DNA from: Setoptus koraiensis
Lineage: Eukaryota; Animalia; Arthropoda
Assembly (NCBI GenBank): GCA_048013815.1
Contig: CM106586.1
Span: forward strand, 4,030,001-4,094,000
Length of the DNA stretch: 64,000 nucleotides
Direction of reading: 5' to 3'
In this document: positions 38,481 through 52,000 of the stretch, piece by piece
How the letters are laid out: every line of letters begins with the position of its first letter
How positions within the stretch are numbered: position 1 is the stretch's first letter
The notes under the pieces: model-generated
The model's input: only the letters and a program-made list of their open reading frames with translations
Database searches by the model: none
Told to the model about the DNA's origin: nothing
Position numbers and translations under genes: made by a program

Positions 38481-40218
38481 ATGCAGCAAGAGGGAAAACC
38501 ACGTTTTTTGCGCCATCACACTGGCCAAGTAAAAGGGGTCGCCTTTCATCCGAAGGTAATGACGTCTCTATTGTCTGTCAAAAATTTTCATCAGATCAGC
38601 TGCATCTAAGCTGACAATAGTACTCATAATCTCATCTTTTCCCTTTCTTGTGTAGGATCGATTTTTATTTTGCTCAGGAGCCCATGATGGACGTATCAAT
38701 CTCTATCATGCTCGCAAAGAGGAGCTAACTACAACCATCCAATTACCCCATGCGGGATTGATGAAGAACATCAATGCGGTCAAATTCACCTCTTGTGGTA
38801 GCCGTATCTTGGCCGTAAGTGATTCAAAACACTTTCTTTCATCCGATCACAACACTTAGATGGGCCATCTAAACTTTCAACAGAAACTAATCAAATGCAT
38901 TTACATTTTTCTTTTCTTAGGCCACTACAGCCAAACGTCTTGTTGTGATTGATGTAATCCGAGGGGAGCAGATAGCCACATACGATCATTGCGCTTTCAA
39001 CGCGAAAGACGGAAGGGATAGAGCTCCACGTGAGTATTTACGATCAAATACTGAGGCTTAACATCAACAATTTAAAGTATGAATTAACTAATATCTATTA
39101 TCTTTACGAATATCTGTCTAGTGGCCGCTGATCCTCTCAACCCACACTTAGCGGCTTGTGGTAGTACAAATGGTAAGACAATAATATGCAATATAAGCAA
39201 GCTTATGTTCAAAGCTTAAGTTCAAGGTCGACCAGTTTTCATAATATATACGTGTCTCATGTTTTCCACTCATAGGCAAAGGATTGACCGCAATAGATCT
39301 GAGGATGGCTACACCCGTGGATATCATTCCTGATGTGAGTTATCAAAAGTCATCCATCGTAGATAATATTATTACTGATTCGACTTGAAGAGTATCATGT
39401 ATTTTCAATTAGACATATCATAACGTTTTTTTCATCCAAATCCATTCGATCAATCAACCTGCATGACATTTGACAGATGCACAGTAGTGTTATTCGCGAT
39501 ATCACCTATGTGCCTCGCAGTTGGGCATATGCTCCACAAACTGATCCATCTGTTTTGGTTTCAATATCATGGGAAGGTGTATGTAAATTGACCAGATTTG
39601 ATGGCAGACAAGTTCATTCGTTTGAGGTGGGCCATACAACCAATTCTGTTGTTACAACACCAGATGATTGTTTCACGCCACAAGGGACAGGATTTCATAG
39701 CTCACTCATGATTGGTGGTGGAGATTATCTATCTTCCTACACTCCGGCCGAGGAAGGTATGGGAATCCAAGAGGAACTCAGGAAAGAAAAGATTGAATAT
39801 CCGGTTAAGGATAGTAACTCTTATGATTACTTATCCATATCGAAACTTAAGTATACGTCAAATGGAAGCTTCTTGTATGGATCATTTGAAGGAGGTCACA
39901 TTAGAAGGTAAGATTTGCCCCGAGTCATTTTATTTCATAAGTCATGGAAACTTTTGAAAGTTTTTACATATGCTGGACTTGACTAATTTCGGATTCAATT
40001 GAACTATTTTTTTTTCTTCCTAAATTGCCAGGTATCGAAGGCATCCCAGCCACCATGAATATTTGGGAGAGGTCTATTCTCATGAGGGAGAAGTTCTTGA
40101 CATGGATATATCTCCGTACGACGAATTTTTGGTGACAGCCTCAAAGGATAGGAGCGTGGGTCTGTTGTGTCTAGGAACTCCGTCTCATGGCTGCACTGGA
40201 TACATCGAAATATCGTAA
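38481..40218 (+). CDS. WD40-repeat protein, ~356 aa, uncharacterised family
   Basis: Seven phase-consistent GT-AG exons: 38481-38555, 38656-38814, 38921-39029, 39122-39172, 39276-39334, 39477-39907, 40032-40218. WD-like repeats: RHHTGQVKGVAFHPKDRFLFCSGAHDGRINLY and SHEGEVLDMDISPYDEFLVTASKDRSV. Confidence 0.88.
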
Positions 40219-40432
40219 CAACGGATAGACCAACACATGACAATTTCGCTATCAATACGTGAGCTGGATACAGCAATGCCAAACTACAATGCTCGACCAC
40301 TAAATCAAATCTTTTATAATCTGTGAAACTTCTGCTGGCTATATAAATCAGATTAAGTTGTGTAACAGCTCAAGGGAATACATAGTAGGTGTAAATATAG
40401 ACGTAATTAAATTATTTTTACTCACACTGAAG

Positions 40433-42793
40433 CTATATGTTGTTGTTTGTAATCAAAGATAGTCTGAATGCATCAGTATCATCGGCATGATAACTATCTA
40501 GCAGTCTTTGTGATTCCGCGGGTATAGCTGATATTGGAATATGACCAGTATGCCTATGAAGATCCAAGAGCGCATAGATTAGGCTCTTACCAACTCTCAT
40601 ATCTGTCAATTTTCACATTCAAAATAAGCAATACAGAGGGATTAGCAATTCTATGAGAGTGTTATGTTTGTTGGAGCATTACCTGGTTGAATCGATACTA
40701 ACATCCAAGTTGGTCGTAATGGCAAATCTTTCTAGCCAATGAGGCCTTGCTATAATAACCAAAATGGCTCACCTCCAATGTGTAGAAATCCACACGTTGA
40801 TCTATTTGCTCGATTATTCTGACAAGTGTGATAAGAATGAGTTGGTAGATTTATAATGGAAAGTTATAATCGCCCATTCAAATCAAACAAGTGACTCAGT
40901 TTCGCTTAGATGGATACTTCACCTCTGTAATCCGTTCATTTCATCAGCATCGTACTCTCGAAAGATGCAATCCTCAATGTAAAAATCTTGAGCTACACTA
41001 GACAGTAGTTTAGGAAACAAAGCATGCCGCTCCATACGAACTATATCCTCATGAAATCTGCCGGATATCGATGTCCCATAGTTGTGAAAATTTGCATGTA
41101 TGTCGATGAGGATACTGACGCAACTTTCACTCTTGGCGGTGACTCGATGACCCACGTTATTTGATTTTGATATACTGTTTGCTCTCACATTTTGTGACAG
41201 CAGACTAATCAATTCTTGTTTGATAGCATCAATATTCGGGTGTGTCACCTCATTTGCATCTTGCCAACACTTCTCCAAGTGCTGGCCCAGTATCGAAGTG
41301 CGACTATTACCTGCTATCACTGAATCTGGGTCAATCAATGGGAATATTTCAAAAATGAAGTACCTTCTCGCCAAAGCAGCCATTTGATCGATCGGATCAA
41401 GTAAAAAATCAATTAAACCATGGCACACGTACGAGGCTGGACTTTCGCTAGGATGAATCCTGCTCAGTATGACGATGATCTTCTTTGAATCTGGTAGACA
41501 TTTTGTCACTTGCTCCAATCTAACACCATCAAACACAATTTCCGGTGAATTAGCACCCTGCGAGCTATAATTTATCTGAGTTGACTCATCATTTTCAGTT
41601 ATGGTCAATCTATTAACTGGTTTATCTAGGTGGGATCTAGTGACGTGTGATACTTTAAAATGAAAATTATTATTTTTTTGCTGTCTGTTTTTTCTATTAC
41701 GGCGCCCTTTATTAGAGGCCGTCGATTCTCGACTAGATCTACCACCAACAATATTATTCAAACTGAATGGGTCACTTTCAGATGTATGATGCAGATCCGC
41801 ATGCGCACTTAAATCGTTGGTAGCTTGAGATAATCTTCGTGTAGATACAAAATGTTGCTCTACACTATTCGTCGGACTACCCATATATCCAGTACGACTA
41901 CTAGCTCGACTAGAAAACCCACTGTGATTATTGTTGTCGACTGTGTCAGTGATCTCATGATCTGGCGAAGGTGATAGCATAATACTGGTATTTGTCGAAA
42001 GTGATGAGCTACGGCTCCTCCATTTGTCAATGTAGGATTCTAGTCTTGATGCTGTATAAGGATAATTCATTGCGAACTGATAGATATCATCCTGATTGTC
42101 AAATCGGAACGCTAATGATAGAACGTGCCTTAATTTGTGTCTAGGGCACCTGTAATAGAACACCTGGCTCTCTTTCATCCGTATCCTGATAGGCATGAGA
42201 TAGGGGAAGATTCTTTTCAGTCATCGTGTATGGAAAAAAGTTGAAAGCTCAATTCAAATTACTGAACTCACCAGTTTGGCCTCGATTGCGAGCGAACTAC
42301 CGGCGTAAAACCCTCGTTGAAAAACTGTAATTCTTCTGATAAGTTGACTATGTTGAAAATAACAACCTGATAATATGTTTGTGGAAGTGAGTTGGTTAGA
42401 TTCAATCAGAGTTATTAATTGAATTCGAATGACCCAATCTGGGTTAGATAGAGAGATTTTGTCTGATGGCGGCTATAAGTGGAATCAAATAGTTACAAAA
42501 AAAGTTACCTGGTTCGTTTTGGTATTTTGCACGGTGAAATTGAACCACATCCGATACCTGGGATTGGCTACGTCGGGTCTAATGAAGAGCTCGTATTCAA
42601 ATTGATCTGCTTGTTCAACTCTGCCCAAATTCGCCCCTTCGAAGCTTGCATCAAATATGAGATCGCCATGTTTCTTCTTGTGTGCTTGGCCAAAATCTAC
42701 ACCTAGGTCGTTGCTAATATGATATTTCAATAATTGTTTATTGACGTTGCGAACGCGATTATCGTCGTCACTATCACTACTAGAGTCCGACAT
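40433..42793 (-). CDS. AGBL4: Cytosolic carboxypeptidase 6-like (M14D tubulin deglutamylase family), ~642 aa
   Basis: Exons 42793-42509, 42366-42272, 42185-40923, 40818-40703 and 40602-40433. Motifs: FDASFEGANLG, RPDVANPRYRMWFNFTV, VIFNIVNLS, YYRCPRH, RIHPSE, DIHA, YTLEVS, YMRVGK. The HGDLIFDA..RPD..NPRYR.WFNF N-terminus matches the CCP6/AGBL4 subgroup. Confidence 0.85.
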
Positions 42794-43334
42794 ATCTCAC
42801 CAAGTATTTATTATTTGCATTTCGTTCTAATCTCGGCGCCTAAAATTTAAAGGACGACGAACTAGACTGGGAAGGTCGCGGTTCGAATTCAGTTCTATGC
42901 TCATACAAAACCATGGAAACGATTTCCGGTCAGATGTTGAAAAGTAATAACGACTACAGACATGCACAAAATAATGTATTCAATCATGATTTACAGATGT
43001 ATCAAACATATGTGAGTTGCGGTTGGGACCATTGTAACACATTCTTTTATTCTCGATAATTACATCAATTAACAAGTATCTTGAATCATTTAGTTCTTTG
43101 TATATATATAAATCAAACATGATTTCGATACCAGTAGTTGGCATCTCGCTATCTTAGCAAGGGGAGAAAACCTTTTTAAATTGCTAAGCAATTCAACAAG
43201 AGTAAATCTCACCAGGATTATCTTCTAACTTAACTCGGAATAGTCAAGGAACGACCCGAGAACTATGTGCAACATTATGTGAAGTAGTAGTAGTTTGCAA
43301 TTGTGAGACTCGCGTGGTGTAAACAATTTTGTTG

Positions 43335-45736
43335 TTACATATCGAAAAATTCGCACAAGAGCGGATATACTTCCTTAGATGGGGTTTCTCGATGCATGAA
43401 ATCAAGGTAGCTGTCCACGGTTGTTTGCATCCCTAGAACAATACTCATCAAGTAATGCCGAATGCCCAGAGGATCATTAGTGTTTCGGTGTAAATATCTA
43501 GATCATTAGAGAGTAAATGCCGAAGATTAGCTCGTATTAGTCATGAGTGGGTGGGAAATAGATGCATTCTTGAGGCAAGCTTATTTACCACTGTTTACTG
43601 TGGCTTACCTCATCAAAAGATATATGTGCCTAGCTTTCCTTAGAGCTAACGCATTACGATCGTGAATTTTGTTTGAATCGGTATCAAATATAAGAATTGC
43701 TGAAATTGATAAGAGGGCAATGTGCATTTCGATTAGTAACAATGAAAAGATTAAGTAATAAAAAGATCATTGGTTGTAACAAAACGTAACTCACCAGCCA
43801 ATAAAATCATGATCATTTTATCATATCTTAGCCCTTCTTGGAAATTCATCAAGAACTGTCGATTTGCATTGTACAAAACCTCTGTTCTCGGCTGTTGTTT
43901 CAACCAATTTAGGGCCAACTTATTGTTAGGATTCCCGTCGGCATCCTGAGACGATTTGAGTCATAGCAATTTAGGATGATATAAGGTGATTATTATGCAC
44001 ATGATTATAATAACAACCCGATCTGTTATCATTATTACGCATAATAAATAGCTATGACAACATGTGCTACTTACATTCCAGGATTCATTCATAGCTTCAA
44101 AAACATTGGCTGAACGTAATAATAGAACTGATAAACATTTGGACTTGAGAATTTGTACTTGATCGTCTGCAAGCAGTGTAGTGAATGAGCTTAATTTTTT
44201 CATGCATTTTACAAGTCTAGCCAATAGATAATCCGTTTGAGCAATCATCTCTTTAACAGTTTGAACTTTGAATTTCTCACCAATCGGCATGAACAAGAGA
44301 TTACTAGATTCTCTTAATTGATTGAGCAGGGTAGTCTCCCATTCTTGCCATTCTCCATTTAATTGTTTGACATCCGTGCAGAGTACGATAGGATTGAGCG
44401 CTATTTCAGGATTGTACAATTCCTCTGGTGTTCTAGAAACAGCTTTCGGAACAGGTGAATATGATACAGAATCATCATCTGAGTCTCTATACACCGACTG
44501 ACAATGGGGTAGCCTCAGGCGGACTAGTTGCCTCTGAATCATTGGCATTTGGCCGGCTGTCTCGTCATATAGTTGATTAGGTGATCCGGCACATAAAATT
44601 GAATGATCGCTCAATGGCGTAGTGAAATTGCAACAGCTAGTAGTGGCCTGGTGATGATGGTGTGGTTCAGGTGCCATTTGCGCGCTACCAAACATATCAG
44701 AGTTGCTACTAATGTGATAATGATTATTAATATAATTAGCGGCAGCAATACAGCCGTTGTTGTCGATATCGCTCATATGATAGGGAATGGTTTGACCATG
44801 AGATGATAAATCAGTACAGCAATTATTATAACAAGGAACGATATTGTTTGTTTCAAGTAGAGCGGCCATATTTGGTTTAATATCTTCGTTGTTGTATAAT
44901 AATGCGGTATCATTATTATTATTATTATTGTTATTATTAGGATTAGCGGTGGTAGTAGTATTCGGAGTAGTAGACGAAGATGATGACGGCGGTGATGCTG
45001 TTGTTGTTAGTAGTATGTTACTGAAATCTTTATTTGTGCAATGTTCTAATTTTGTGATAATTGACTGGCTAGGCGTGGCATCATAGGTGGATTCACTTTC
45101 ATTTCCCGAATTGTTAAAGCTCAATTGTGATCTGAGCCTCTTATTATCATTAATCTTATCGCGTTTCAATTGTTTTTGTTCATCTGACAGAATCCATTCC
45201 TTGAGCATACCATTCTTGAAGCATTTCTTCAGTCTGCAACTTGAGCAAAATCTTCTTGTGACCCTGTCTATGGTGCATTGGTCATCAAAAACACATTTGA
45301 GATTATCCTTGAAAGCGTTCCTCCTGAAGAATGCCTTACAAGATTCGCACGTTGTGGCATTAAAATTACAAGCAATGGCTTTGTCACCGCATACTACACA
45401 ATATTTTTGAGCCTTGATCTTCTTTTTGGACCTCCTGGTTCGCTGCGGTACCGATAGGTTTGCCATGTGTTGCTGCTGTTTCTGTTGTTTCTGAGGCGGT
45501 TGCCTGAAGGGTTGTTGTTGATGTGGCTGGTGGTGTTGTTGTTGCTGTTGCTGTTGTAACTGCAGTTGGCTCAATAGGGCGCCTTGGCTGCAAATTTGGT
45601 TTGTGTCTGGGTTGTTGATGTTGTTGTTTGTTGCACTTGTGTTTGTGCCAGTGATAATGTGTTCAGTATTGTTGTCGTAGCTGTTGTTGGTGTTGCTGTT
45701 GCTGATGGTGTTGATGCTCTTGTCGGCGGCCTCCAT
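43335..45736 (-). CDS. Hr96: Nuclear hormone receptor HR96-like (NR1J), ~688 aa
   Basis: C4 zinc fingers CVVCGDKAIACNFNATTCESCKAFFRRNA..C..CRLKKC; the P-box ESCKA is typical of NR1J. The LBD is spread over exons 45736-44075, 43945-43795, 43699-43609 and 43497-43335 and ends in AF-2-like PLLCEFFDM. The start is taken at MEAADK, since the upstream in-frame sequence is low-complexity and includes an acceptor-like ctag. Confidence 0.9.
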
Positions 45737-46529
45737 TTCGGGATGTCTAGTTGGCTGTTGTTGATTCAACCGAATGAACAGACGCGAGAGATTATAATAA
45801 TAATAACAATGAAAATAGTTGTGGTAATAGTAATAGTAATAATAATAAATAATAATAATAGTAATCTCTACATGTCTATGTACACGGTATGTAGGTAAAT
45901 TAACGAGTCTGGTGACTGGCTCAATCATGCCACACAACACTACTGCTACTTCTGATACTGTAAGGGAAATATCTCTTGCTCGCTCGCTCGCTCGCTGCCC
46001 CGACATCCCATGATTGTCGTCGTCGTTTGAACGTCGATTCAATTGCTCTGCTCACAAAACGCGCTCGCTCGCTCTGTTTCAATTTAGCGCTTGCGGCGCC
46101 AAAACATACGCTTTACCTGCTGTGCGCGCTCGTTTGCTCTCGCTTTTGCACAAGCGTATATCGTTTAGACTTGACTTTTTCACAGATTTGCGCAAGCCGG
46201 CCCGGCAAGCTAATGTGCGCACCGGTGAGCGTGTGCGTGTGTGTGTGTGCGCAACGTGCAACAACAACTGCCGCTGCTGTGTTGTCACTGCAACAACGGC
46301 GGCGTCACTGCTGCTATAGTACAGTAATAGAATGTTGTTGCTAGTTTATTTAACCCGCCAGCAAATACGCACTGTTCGCCAGGGGGCCACGCGTTTGCCT
46401 CATTCCATTGGCATGCGCACAAAAGTTCCCCCCACTCACAGTGAATATTGTTCACTCATCGGGCATTGCGGGCCCTCCGCCCGGCCGGCCCGCAATGCTG
46501 CAACCGTTCCTCACACCTTCCTCCTCCCG

Positions 46530-46614
46530 GCTCCCACCCACTCCCGCTGGCTCCCACTTACTCCCGCTGGCTCCCACCCACTCCTGCTGGCTCCCACTCA
46601 CTCCCGCTAGCTCC
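46530..46614. repeat. 20-bp minisatellite x4 (gctcccacccactcccgctg)
   Basis: Four tandem near-identical copies upstream of HR96. Confidence 0.9.
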
Positions 46615-48893
46615 TCGATCGTCTTCCAAAAATGATACATAAAATACCAGGTGCACAGAATAGATGGTCGCAGAGTCGCATCAAAGGTGCCCGTTTTTTA
46701 ACTCAGAGCTTAAAGTAGACACTGTACTACAGTGACTGTAGGGCGCACCAAAAGAGGAAATACACGCACGAAATGTGTCCGTGTGAATACAGGAGGCAGC
46801 GTCAGGTCCAACTGCCTCGAACATTAATCTGTGACATCATCGATTAGTTTCTTACCATAATCGGATGATTTATTGGTTATGAGAGCCAATGGCAAGGGCA
46901 GGGCTCTTCTACTTGCGCCGAGCCCAGCCAACCCAAAAGGTGAGCACAGTTGATAAAATGCAACAACAACCAAATTAGCCGTGTCATAATGATCACAAGT
47001 GCGCTTCTGTGCCGATTGCCTGATCTATGCGGCGATCGGCGCAGACATGTCGGCGCTACCAAGCGAAAAGGCGAAATTTTGAAAAGGCGCACCATACGGT
47101 CAGTGTTACATCACACCATTCGAGCACCGTGTCACGACTATTGCGTGTGCCGGCAACTTACAACTTACCTGTCAGCTTCAACCTAACTATACAACCGTTG
47201 CATAATACAACGTCATGTGATATCAATTAGGACCAGTGCCAGGTATTGCGCAATGCATCGGGTATTCGTCCTGTGGCGATACCTTTGTGACCTTGATCTA
47301 GTTCACCTTGCTGACGATTGCGGTTTCGCGAAAGCGAGCGAGACGGGGGAAGAGAGAGAGAGAGAGACAGAGACAGAGAGAGAGACAGAGAGAGACAGAG
47401 AGAGAGACAGACAGAGGGGGGCAGACAAAGAGTGGACAGATACACGTCTCTATGCAACAACAACAGTGGCCACAAGCATTGCGTAAGACTGACTGATGGC
47501 TGATATCACACACAATTGAGAGCTGCTGTTGGGGACACATTGTATTTTGACACAATGTGGCCCCAACAGCAGCAACGCAGCTTAGATAGTGTGCATACAC
47601 AGATGGCTTATGCCGCATGGAAATATGCAAATGCATAATAGATATAATTCATAATTCATAGATAAAACACAAACGTGGCCACGAGAATTTGCCATTTCGG
47701 GCAGAAATTTTCAGCCACTGCATGACGCAATAACGTAAATTGCTGCATATGCTGCCGGCATTGGCATATCGAGCCAAAACACGCTTCGCATGTCGACTGG
47801 TAATGAATGCGGAAAATGTGTGACATATTCTTCGAGACACATAAAGAAATAGAGACACAAACGTAACAGAGTGATTCGTGATTGGTGGTCACGACAATTT
47901 ATCGGAACTTATAAGCCAACGATGTGTTCCGTGAGAAAGCGGCAAGAGCGGAACTAGATGTTAGGCACCTGTTACTTGACTATTAACTATCAATGCATCT
48001 CCGTGAAATAACCAGACGAGGCAATGGCATTTGCATTGCAGGATTTTAAATGATTGTACGAGATACCATGGCCATGCGATCAATTAACCAATGATGGCAA
48101 TTTCAACTGGCCCTCGAATATTTCAGCATGTGTGTCTCTAATTATCTGTTTCAGCTAATGACTACACGGTGTTTTATACACTAATGTAGTCATGTATTCA
48201 CTGATAGCGCTCACTGTAAATGTTTGAAATCGGAGTTGAGTGTGTGATGAATGTGATTGTGATTTTGCAAGAATATCTGCATGATTTATCGCACCCACTT
48301 TACACTAGGCGCCATATAATAAACCGTATACAATTTGCTGTCCAATGACGGCGCATTGGTTTTTGTCCGCATGAAAGTTTTGGTCTGATCTAGACCGAAA
48401 TCTGTCCAGCCATCTATGTTGTGAAATGTGCGCAAATAAATGAATAGGATCTCCCATCTAGTTTTAAGCGCGTATGTTAGCCCATTTACCAATGGCAGTG
48501 TCAACAGAAACGCCGTTGATGCAATGGCCACTCTGACAAATGGCCGTAACACTCGGTATCATATCATCAGCTTGATTGGAAGTAGAACAAGCTGACTAGA
48601 GCCTGCCACTACTGCTGTCTAGCTCATTACATTAGTTTTGTTTGATTCGAGATTAGTTTTGTTTGGTGGTCGCTCGAATGCATGCTCATCGACTTTGGCT
48701 AAAGAGGAGGAAAAAAAGCCGGCGAGACGAGGAAGTGAAGGAACTTCTCCCATCTATCTCGATGTTGTTTGCGCAGGTAGCGAAATGTGGAAACTTTGTT
48801 CTCTTTTAATCAGCCCCTCGTAGACTCAACTAGCGGCAGAAATGATTATCATTAGTGTAGCAACATCATCAAGCTAGCCGAGATGTCACAGAC

Positions 48894-49013
<120 letters not shown>

Positions 49014-52000
49014 CACAGATAATATCCACTAATAATAATCTATAGTTTCACTAATGACGCAGATAATTTCAACTTGCACTTTTACCGCTAGTTTGTTCAG
49101 TTATGGCAACAAACATCTACAGTTACAATGTTCGTTGCAGGTTGAGAATAGATGATTCTAATTTCAGACGGAGAACACAGCCGGTCTAGACGCTAGATAT
49201 TGTTGTCGCACTTGCTCACTCAGCAGCCTCCATTGAGGTTCGCCTTTTGGTCATACTTATCCACTTATCCCCTTATCGAATACCCGGCGACGGGTATTTT
49301 TATGAATTGGTGCAACTTCGATTCTTGCTGGACATTTTTCTTTTTACTTTTCGACTGCACTCATGCCCACCTCCCACAGCCCACGCCCCTTTTCTCCCAC
49401 ATCTCCCCAGAAAAGTCATCACTCCCTTGAAATTCATTTCCGTGGCACGACGAAAAAAATTTATTCTTTTTTTTTCAGAAAAGGCAACTCTATGGGATTT
49501 TTACACGTGGGGGGTGGGGGGTCACTTCTAGGCACACACGCGCTCGCGCATGTAGAAATGGGGCAAAACCGAATGGAATTTTAACACACAAAAGGGGATT
49601 ACGTTTTTTTTTTCGACCCCAGGTCTCAAAAATGGAAAATACAAAGAAAACCGCCAGGGCGGCGCAGCAGCGCCAAGAATACTAGCTCAATCTTCGATAC
49701 ATCAGTCCGTTTTGACCTTCTACCCATAAATAACTCGATTTTCACACGAAAAGCTCCACAGATCCAATCTGGCCCGACAATCTGATGGCCTTTTTCTAGC
49801 CTCTAAATGAGCCGTTAGAGTTTGCTATCACGATTTGCATGCCCAAAGCAGCCAGCGAGCGCGGTGGCGACAGCTCTAATATTTATCTGCCTGCGAGGTG
49901 GCTAATGATGTTCCGATTACCTGAAAATTGTCAAAATTGTGCTCAATGTTGATTGTGAGCTGGTGATTGTCATCTTGCCATAAAGATCAACCATTCTAGA
50001 TGAGAAGGCGAAAAATGTATTCATAGTCTTGTCATAGTGGTGCATCCCCAAGGCACCAAATCGCGAGCCTTCGCAAACCGACCGCAGCTATTTTCGGTGT
50101 CTGGTTTTCGGTCATGTTTTTTTACAAATGGAGAGTTTGCAGTTTACTGAATATAGGACTAGTGTGCTGGGGTTGCGGGTGAATCGGTTGGACAAATAAT
50201 GCGAGAGTATGCGACAAATTTTGATAGATTGGCGAGAGATAATGGGTCGTGTTTATTATTATTGTTGTTGTCACATTATACTGTCCATTGTGGGCGCACT
50301 TGTTGATGATGATTCTTGCATCGGTAATTGGACTGATTAGATAGTGTCGACCAGAGGGAGATAATCAGTTTGAACTTTGAATACCGAGCGACACACAGAT
50401 ACACAAGCAACCAATAGACACACAAATATGGCAATGGCACCAAGGTGTGTGCTAATTAGTTGCAACAACAATGCAACAGAATTACTATTGTCATTAGTGA
50501 CGATAGCAACACAGCAACTGCGACAACAATGAGCCTTATTTGGATCGCTGGGACAAGAGAAAACCTTTGCCATGGACAGAAAAACTGGAAACATTTTACG
50601 GCTCACATAATAATGTGCACACAGGACTCATCAACCTCAAATCATTTCTCAATAATCGTTTGTTAGTTTTTTTCCAGCTCCAACTAACCACCAATGCTAC
50701 CAGACCCATCAATGCTGGTGCATGAAAATATATCGGCAAAGTATACGGCTGCGGCAACACATCGAGGCAATAGCAACACTCCATTTGAGTCTATCAGTCA
50801 GAATGGCTGATTAATTGCTGCGATGATGCTTGTTAATATGCTCACTAGAGCGCATCTTTTTCGTTCTCGTGTCTAGACTCTAGACGCTGGCTTAGTTTTT
50901 CGACCTGCCGCCGCAGTGAGCATTTAGGCCGACCAATGCCCAAACAGGCTAAACGCCACACAGAGAACAATAACCATTTCTCATGAAGATAAATGCAATT
51001 TTAGCAAGTTGGCAAGCGTCAGAGCTGAATAGCTGAAACGAATAGTTTGTGGCGCCTAAGTTATGCGGAAGCGACCAGAAGTTGAAGGACGCCAGGCGAA
51101 AAATATTTTTACACATACACTGTCACATGGGGCAGGTAAATGTAAATGTGGCCACGATATATGGCACCAAGGAGCGAGTTGTTCATATGAGCATTAGTCA
51201 TGTATAATTAGTCATAATGGGAAATTATTGCTTCACGCACATATACTGAATGTAGTTGTCACTTTTTCTCGCACTTTATCAATCGTTCTCGATTTTTTTC
51301 CCTTTCTCTGTCGCTCTCTTCGTCGTGCCATCCGATAATCTGTCTCATGCAAGAGAGAGAGCCAACAAACAATGTGTGAGGAGTTATGTAACACGATCGA
51401 CGCTTCACTGATCACACAGCCGAGAGAGCATCGCGTGGATTTGCAGTTCAAGTGGTTGCCCAACTGGCGCCATGTTGGCCGCCCTAACGAGCTACTCGTG
51501 AGACCGTACGTTACGTAGCCAGAGAGCGCTGGTTTGTCGCAAACAAACAGGAAGTCTCCATTTGAGGCCAACCAATGGTGACTATTTGATTGTAGAAGCT
51601 GATGGGCAATTTGTGTCATGTGCGCCCCACTACTGGCCAGTAGCAACCAACGCTAGACGAAGAAACGCCACAAGGCCTTGTTTACAATGAGACTTTTTCT
51701 CAGTAAGCGAGTAGATGTAGTAATAACATGAAAGAGTTTCATCAACGTCAGACGTGCCACACTCAGGGCGCCCAATGAGCAGAGTGCCCTTATTTATCTG
51801 TCTGAATGAGAGAGAAACTAACTAAAGACAAGATTACTCTATCTAGCGCGATATAGTGGTAGTTACAATTTGGTGTGCGTGTGACAAATTTCACATCACT
51901 ATTAAGCCCCTCATCCTATTTTGAATGGCCCCAAAAGCACATACGGGCCCCCGGCTACGGATTGCCGCTTGCCAGGGATAGGCTGGTAGAATTAATCAGT

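Noticed and set aside
42860-42900. tRNA-like GGTTCGAATTC B-box
   Set aside because: No T-stem, acceptor stem or A-box; no cloverleaf.
45737-46042. In-frame N-terminal extension of the HR96 ORF
   Set aside because: Contains poly-I/Y translations of (AAT)n repeats and an acceptor-like site; more likely 5'UTR intron sequence.
47160-47180. U1 snRNA-like ACTTACCTG
   Set aside because: No U1 stem-loops follow; better explained as a minus-strand splice donor.
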